A stretch of 64,000 nucleotides of DNA. Origin: Candidatus Bathyarchaeia archaeon (GTDB taxonomy: Archaea > Thermoproteota > Bathyarchaeia > Bathyarchaeales > Bathycorpusculaceae). Positions 58,803 through 64,000 of the stretch are shown one piece after another (position 1 is the stretch's first letter; each line of letters begins with the position of its first letter). The stretch covers positions 32,001 through 96,000 of the forward strand of contig JBMFOB010000001.1 of NCBI GenBank assembly GCA_049969855.1, in the 5' to 3' direction. The position numbers and the translations under genes are program-made. The notes below the pieces were generated by a model that worked only from the letters and a program-made list of their open reading frames with translations, had not been told where the DNA came from and ran no database searches.

Positions 58803-59973
58803 TAGCGAAGACGTCTCTAATAAGAGTGCGAGCTATTTCCAGCCTAATTTTTTTCGTTCTTCCATATCTTCCCATGCTTATAACCTTAGCATTTAACAAT
58901 CCCATCGAATCCAGCTCATTCACCAATGTGCTTAACCGACGCTGCGTTAAAGGTGTAACACTTAACTCCCCGCAAAGTTCAGCATAAACGTCATATATGT
59001 CGCCTGTGATGGCACTGTGAACATTCGCCCTATTCAAGTGATACACACTTAAAATCACAAGTTTTGAATGCAAGGTTAAATTTCTAAGAGCCTCAACAAC
59101 ACGGTTGTGTTCAATGTGTTTTTCAGCCTCTCGGACATGTTCTTCAGTCACAACACTTGCATCATTGCGCTCTGCAACCTCGCCAGCAACACGCAACAAA
59201 TCCAAAGCCCGTCTTGCATCTCCATGTTCTGCAGCCGCCAAAGCAGCGCATAAACCCAAAGCAGCTTCAGACAAAGCCCCATCACAAAATGCCAATCGCG
59301 CCCGTTCCAACAGTATGTTGCCCAATTCACTTGCGTCGTAAGGCCTAAAAACAATTTCTTCCTCGCTGAGGGAGCTGAAAACACGTGGGTCAAGAAATTC
59401 CTTCAGCCGCAGGTCATTTGATATGCCCACTAGGGATACTTTGCTTTTGCATAAATTCTCATTTATTCTTGTCAATTCGTAAAGAAGCCGGTCTCCACGC
59501 GCTTTAACTAACGCGTCAATTTCATCTAAAACAACAATAAAAACAATTTTTAAAACATCCAAACCTGTTCTGAATCTATCAAAAACTTCGCCAACAGATA
59601 GCCCTGTGAAGGGAACATATACGCCTATGTTCTGGCATAAATTTGAAAAAACGCGATATTCAGACCCCGCCATGCGACAGTTCACATAGCAAAATCTTAC
59701 AGGTGCATTAAACTCCTTTGCTTTGGCCTCAAGATGGCTTAAAACATATTTTGTCACTGCTGTTTTGCCTGTTCCAGTTTTTCCATATATAAAAACGTTA
59801 GAGCCTCTAGAACCTTTCAAAGCTGGGGCTACTGTCTCCCCTAGTTGTCTAATCTGTTCTTCTCGATGGGGCAGCTTCTCAGGTAAATAATCATGTCGTA
59901 ATACTTCCCTATCTTTGAAGATTTTATTATTGTAAACGAATTTCTTGAATACTTCGTCAAGGATGTGGTTCAC
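58729..59973 (-). CDS. cdc6: Orc1/Cdc6 replication initiator
   Basis: LPHRE, YGKTGTGKT, VLDEID, GDARRALDLL, S.GRYGRT winged helix. Confidence 0.97.
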   Translation of the reverse strand: MNHILDEVFKKFVYNNKIFKDREVLRHDYLPEKLPHREEQIRQLGETVAPALKGSRGSNVFIYGKTGTGKTAVTKYVLSHLEAKAKEFNAPVRFCYVNCRMAGSEYRVFSNLCQNIGVYVPFTGLSVGEVFDRFRTGLDVLKIVFIVVLDEIDALVKARGDRLLYELTRINENLCKSKVSLVGISNDLRLKEFLDPRVFSSLSEEEIVFRPYDASELGNILLERARLAFCDGALSEAALGLCAALAAAEHGDARRALDLLRVAGEVAERNDASVVTEEHVREAEKHIEHNRVVEALRNLTLHSKLVILSVYHLNRANVHSAITGDIYDVYAELCGELSVTPLTQRRLSTLVNELDSMGLLNAKVISMGRYGRTKKIRLEIARTLIRDVFASDNRLGRLVEYEAKSLSKHANSRS

Positions 59974-60001
59974 GTTAATTCCTCAGCAATTTTTAGTGGT
60001 A

Positions 60002-60321
60002 ACACCCCATTTTCTAGTAGAGAAATAAGCTCTGTCATACAAAAAACTAAAGGCATAACATAAAAATCCTAAAAGAAGAAGAATTTGCATCACTTATTAT
60101 TCTATTGAATGTGAGACGCACCCCACAATTTCTTTTGGAACTCTGCAAGGTAATAACAAATCCTTTCTGATTTCTGCTTTACAGAAATATACTCTGAAAG
60201 GTTAAAACCACCAAAGCTACTTTAATGTTTACTGTAAAAGATTTTTGACAATTAACTAAAAAATATGCAAAAGTAAAGTGTTTGAGATGAGCAGAATCTT
60301 CCAAAGGAAATGAAGGGGTGC
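60002..60321. promoter_or_regulatory. Replication origin (oriC) with ORB elements
   Basis: TTCCAAAGGAAATGAAGGGG (60299-60321, +), GTTCCAAAAGAAATTGTGGGG (60118-60141, -) and TCTACTAGAAAATGGGG (60002-60021, -); the inverted pair flanks an AT-rich segment directly upstream of cdc6. Confidence 0.88.
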
Positions 60322-60771
60322 CGCTACATGATAACTTTGATATAAACGGTAGCAATTGATTTTTCTTTTTATTTTTATTTTCTACCTGACCAATGTAGAA
60401 GTTCTAAATAGTTCTCCAATAAACAATTTGCTTCCTTCATTTTTGTTCACAATTTGTAAACACCTTGTGAAATTGACTTAACAAAGCCTCTTTTCCAACT
60501 CCGCTTTCCCTAATATTGACTTTTTCTTGTCTCTTTTCTGTAAAATAGCCACCCCTTCTCTTCTACTGGAAATAAGCATTGCTTTAGTTCTCGTTTTCCT
60601 TTTTCTTTTTAGAAGAAGTGTGAAGTCTGTAAAAACAAAAGCTTTAAAAATTCTCCTTATTTTCCTTTTTTCTACCCTTAATGCCAATTTTCTTTCCAGC
60701 ATTTTTACCATAACAGCTATAACTTGTGAACTGTAAAATTGTGAAATACCTTAAGCAGGTGTACACCGCAG

Positions 60772-61203
60772 ATGCCCGCTAAAAAGATGCGTGTTGAACT
60801 GTTCGATAGTGAAGGCAATAAATATACTGTGTCCTTTGAAGGGCAAATAACCAGAGAAAAAGCTCTTCGCTTATTGGACATGGTGGAACTTTTAGGCGGA
60901 GTATCTGCGGGTGAGGGAAATCCAGAAAGTAATAACCCAGCTGTCGCAAATCAACTTGATAAGTACAGCAAGGTTCGAATGATAATTCAGAAACATTTTC
61001 CGTTGGTTTGGTTTTCTTCACGGGATGTCCAACTGGTTTATGAGCAAGAGCTAAAGGAACCAATAAGCCTAAGCACTGTGGCAACATACCTTTACAGAAT
61101 GGCGAGTAAGGGTATGCTTTCTAAAGCGGGGAATTCCAATCGTTTGAAATATAGATTTGCGCCAAGTTATCCGCAATTAGCACCTAAACAACAAATGCCA
61201 TGA
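60772..61203 (+). CDS. Hypothetical protein with C-terminal winged HTH
   Basis: FSSRDV...Y....ISLSTVATYL.RM...G.L. Confidence 0.75.
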   Translation: MPAKKMRVELFDSEGNKYTVSFEGQITREKALRLLDMVELLGGVSAGEGNPESNNPAVANQLDKYSKVRMIIQKHFPLVWFSSRDVQLVYEQELKEPISLSTVATYLYRMASKGMLSKAGNSNRLKYRFAPSYPQLAPKQQMP

Positions 61204-61232
61204 TAAAATCTTAAACGCCATTTTTGCATGAT

Positions 61233-61952
61233 TTATAGGGCTTCGCTTTCCTTCTTTTTCAAAAGATTTTCCATTTCCTTCTTCACATTATACTTAAAAG
61301 GAATTTTGCTCGTATCCCTCTCCAAGTAACCCCCCTCATAAAGCTTCTTCATCAAACGAGCCGTATGTTCCCGGCTGAGTTTAATGCGATCTTTTATCTC
61401 AGGCGCAGTTTTAGGACCTTCTGAAGCCAACATTTCCAAGACGGACAATTCGGTTTCTGTGAGTGGGGCTAAGGCTTTCTCTCTTTTTATGGGTATTACC
61501 GCTTCGATTTTTGCCTCTGGAACCATGGAGAATTGACGTGTTTGTTCTTCCATTTCGGAAACTTTTGAAGCTAACTTTTCATGCGCTGTGGAAAGGGCAC
61601 TTACTTTCTCGTCCACTTCACCAAGTTTTGCTGATATCCTCTCTCTATGCTCCAAAACTTCAGTAAGCTTTCCCTCTAAAGAATGCACTATTTTATGGGT
61701 TTCTTCCGCTTTGTCCAGAGCCTTTTCACTTTTTGAAGAAATTGCCTCGACTTTATAAGCAATTAACTCCGTCCTTTCCGCCTCCTGCCTTAACTGTCTA
61801 TTAAAACTCAAAACAATGTCACCGATTATTTCCTTACTCTTCTCGTATTCCCTTCTAACTTTTTGCAGTTGCCTATAATACTCAAAAGCGGCACAAGCGG
61901 TTACGACAAGTAAACTCCCAGCAATAATCAAAACTTCATCCAAATGAAACAC
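61233..61952 (-). CDS. N-terminal TM + coiled coil + C-terminal MarR-like wHTH protein
   Basis: VLIIAGSLLVVTACAAF; long heptad-rich region; LTETELSVLEML...TAPEI...LSREHTARLMKKLYEGGYLER. Confidence 0.8.
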   Translation of the reverse strand: MFHLDEVLIIAGSLLVVTACAAFEYYRQLQKVRREYEKSKEIIGDIVLSFNRQLRQEAERTELIAYKVEAISSKSEKALDKAEETHKIVHSLEGKLTEVLEHRERISAKLGEVDEKVSALSTAHEKLASKVSEMEEQTRQFSMVPEAKIEAVIPIKREKALAPLTETELSVLEMLASEGPKTAPEIKDRIKLSREHTARLMKKLYEGGYLERDTSKIPFKYNVKKEMENLLKKKESEAL

Positions 61953-61954
61953 CT

Positions 61955-62228
61955 CTGTGATTCACCTGTGATTACGTTTACTTTAAACACGTTACATCAC
62001 ACATCACAATTCTAACATAGAAGATTTAAAGATTACGGTAAAAGCATGGCTTCTAAGGAACAATGACGTCACACGTCACAGCCACAAATATGCTTACGCT
62101 CAAACTAGCAACATTGCCTGAAAAAGGTTACTTTTGAACTATTTTTGACTTTTCGCCTTATTTTTGCTCCAGATAGATAATGCATTTAATGCTTTTATTT
62201 AGGGTATGATGTGATTTGTGACGTCACA
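61955..62228. repeat. Cluster of TGTGA/TCACA repeats
   Basis: CTGTGATT x2 (61955, 61966), ACATCAC x2 (61994), ACGTCAC x2 (62066), TGTGAT (62210), palindrome TGTGACGTCACA (62217-62228). Confidence 0.7.
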
Positions 62229-62739
62229 CGATGCCTTCTGATGGGTTTGAAAGCTTTTTCAAGCTGTTTTCCAGCTCCTCTCTAACCATTTTTATAAGTT
62301 TTAGGTGTTCACCGAGGTCTTCGCTTTTGTTTGGTATGTTTTTGTATGCCTCCATAAAGTCGTGCAATTTGTTGGCTATTTCTAGGTACGGGTCAAGTGT
62401 CGTGTCTTCGAACACTCCTAAGTATCCTAAAAGCAGTATAGTGTATATTGATTTTATGACGTTTTCTTTTGCTTGTTTTAATGTTCTGTTAAAGGCTCCG
62501 CGGCTTATTTTTGCCTTTGATAACCGTAATCTGGCTTTTTCATCGTATTTTAGCGGTTTACCCGAAATATTTTCAGCCAATATGTCAATAAGCAATGTTT
62601 CAAGCTGAGTTTTTGTTAATTGACTATTTTTAGTAAGCATTTTTACAATAGGGTCATTTAATGAGCTTGTTAACCACACTTGGACGTTTTCTTTAAGCTT
62701 CAAACTTTTCTCTCCACGCAGCTTCTTAAATGTATACAC
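62224..62739 (-). CDS. Hypothetical HTH-like protein
   Basis: SQLTKTQLETL...ISRGAFNRTLKQAKEN helix-turn-helix-like segment; start uncertain. Confidence 0.7.
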   Translation of the reverse strand: MYTFKKLRGEKSLKLKENVQVWLTSSLNDPIVKMLTKNSQLTKTQLETLLIDILAENISGKPLKYDEKARLRLSKAKISRGAFNRTLKQAKENVIKSIYTILLLGYLGVFEDTTLDPYLEIANKLHDFMEAYKNIPNKSEDLGEHLKLIKMVREELENSLKKLSNPSEGIV

Positions 62740-62849
62740 TTTTGTATACGGGTCTCCTTTTAAAACTATCGAATATCATGACAAAAATCACGTTTTACCA
62801 ACACAAACATTTTATGCTAAAGAGAACAGTGTAGGATGAGGTGCCTCCT

Positions 62850-64000
62850 TTGGTTTTAAACTTTAGACCCGCAGATCGCCTGAAAAACCTAAAGTATTCT
62901 GGAATACGCCGATTTTTCGATATAGCCCAGAAAAAATCGAACGTTATCAATTTGAGCGTTGGAGAACCCGATTTTATACCTCCAAAACACGCATTAGATG
63001 CTGGTTGGCAAGCCATGAAGGAGGGTAAGACACATTATACGCCAACTAATGGAATTCCTGAACTTCGAGAAGCTTTGGCGCAGAAGGCGTATCATGACTA
63101 TGGGCTTAATTATGATCCAAACACTGAAATATTGGTCACTGCTGGTGGAACAGAAGCTATTTTCTTGGCGGTTGCTGGGTTGGTGAATCCTGGCGATGAG
63201 GTGCTTATTCCAAACCCTGGATTTGTTTGTTATGAACCGAGTGTCCTTTTGGCGGGTGGTGTTCCTGTCTCTGTTCCTTTGAGGGAGGAGAATTCTTTTA
63301 AGCCGTCCATTGAGGATGTGATTTCATGTATCACGAAGAAGTCACGTGTGATGATACTGAATTACCCAAACAATCCTACAGGTGCCGTTCTTTCCCATGA
63401 TGAGGCGGCTTCTCTTGCGAAAATTGCTGTTGAACATGATCTGATTGTGATTTCAGATGAGGTTTACGAGAAAATAGTTTATGATGACGTTAAGCATAGT
63501 TGTTTTGCAGCTTTTCCTGGAATGCGAGAGCGCACCCTTGTCGTTAATTCCTTCTCTAAAACCTATGCAATGACTGGTTTGCGTGTTGGATACATTTATG
63601 GGCCAAAGGAGATTATTTCTTTCCTCTGGCTTGTTCACCAGTACACTGTTGCTTGTGTAGACACTCTAGCGCAGTATATTGCATTAGCAGCATTGAAAGG
63701 ATCACAAGACTTTGTTAAGAATATGGTGCAAGAATTTGACAGGCGAAGACGATTGATCCATAAAAGGCTCATGGAGATTGACGGTTTTAATTGTAGCCTT
63801 CCAAAAGGAGCGTTTTACGTTTTTCCAAGCGTAAAGAATTTTGGCATGAGTTCAGAAGAATTTGCTGAGTTTCTTGTGAATGAGGCTAGTGTTGTGGCTG
63901 TTCCAGGGTCTGCTTTTGGCGTTCACGGTGAGGGTTACATAAGAATTTCTTATGCTGCTGCATACGAGAAGTTGGAAGAGGCGCTAAATCGCATAGAAAG
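62850..64000 (+). CDS. PLP-dependent aminotransferase class I/II (aspartate aminotransferase-like), runs off the window end
   Basis: Manual translation: SGIRRFF, VINLSVGEPDF, THYTPTNGIPELR, NYPNNPTG, SDEVYE, NSFSKTYAMTGLRVG; absent from the ORF track because there is no stop in the window. Confidence 0.92.
   Translation, partial: MVLNFRPADRLKNLKYSGIRRFFDIAQKKSNVINLSVGEPDFIPPKHALDAGWQAMKEGKTHYTPTNGIPELREALAQKAYHDYGLNYDPNTEILVTAGGTEAIFLAVAGLVNPGDEVLIPNPGFVCYEPSVLLAGGVPVSVPLREENSFKPSIEDVISCITKKSRVMILNYPNNPTGAVLSHDEAASLAKIAVEHDLIVISDEVYEKIVYDDVKHSCFAAFPGMRERTLVVNSFSKTYAMTGLRVGYIYGPKEIISFLWLVHQYTVACVDTLAQYIALAALKGSQDFVKNMVQEFDRRRRLIHKRLMEIDGFNCSLPKGAFYVFPSVKNFGMSSEEFAEFLVNEASVVAVPGSAFGVHGEGYIRISYAAAYEKLEEALNRIE

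Noticed and set aside
60227-60239. TTTACTGTAAA in the origin resembling the cassette arm motif
   Set aside because: Different spacer and no tRNA fragment; likely by chance in AT-rich DNA.
60478-60736. Lys-rich 77-aa ORF (-) and hydrophobic 69-aa ORF (+) beside the origin
   Set aside because: Both arise from a pyrimidine-rich low-complexity tract; no recognisable family, so not called.

Overview
Archaeal chromosome segment, most likely Bathyarchaeia (TACK). This is inferred from gene style: class I LysRS, the aIF2g-Rpo7-Spt4-S24e-S27ae operon, PolD DP1, Cdc6 and Fae-Hps; no database search was run. The window is mostly housekeeping: ArgRS, LysRS, ribosomal proteins, nucleotide salvage, SAM recycling and AcnX/mevalonate genes. 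It has three tRNAs (Arg-GCG, Glu-TTC, intron-containing Ser-CGA) and a replication origin with ORB boxes beside cdc6. The most striking unexplained structure is a set of integrase-less mini-cassettes. Three are stacked in tandem behind tRNA-Glu and one lies behind tRNA-Ser. Each ends in the same bipartite site: a TTTACTG(G/A)TAA-type motif, exactly 13 nt, then a copy of the 3' end of the respective tRNA. The cargo is TA pairs and nuclease-fold genes. Other leads are origin-linked wHTH genes (one membrane-anchored with a coiled coil) amid TGTGA repeats, an HTH-Fae-Hps fusion with candidate operators, tail-to-tail deoxyhypusine synthase paralogs next to an RLAN/ATP-grasp/GCS2 ligase cluster, and an SPFH/zinc-ribbon operon.
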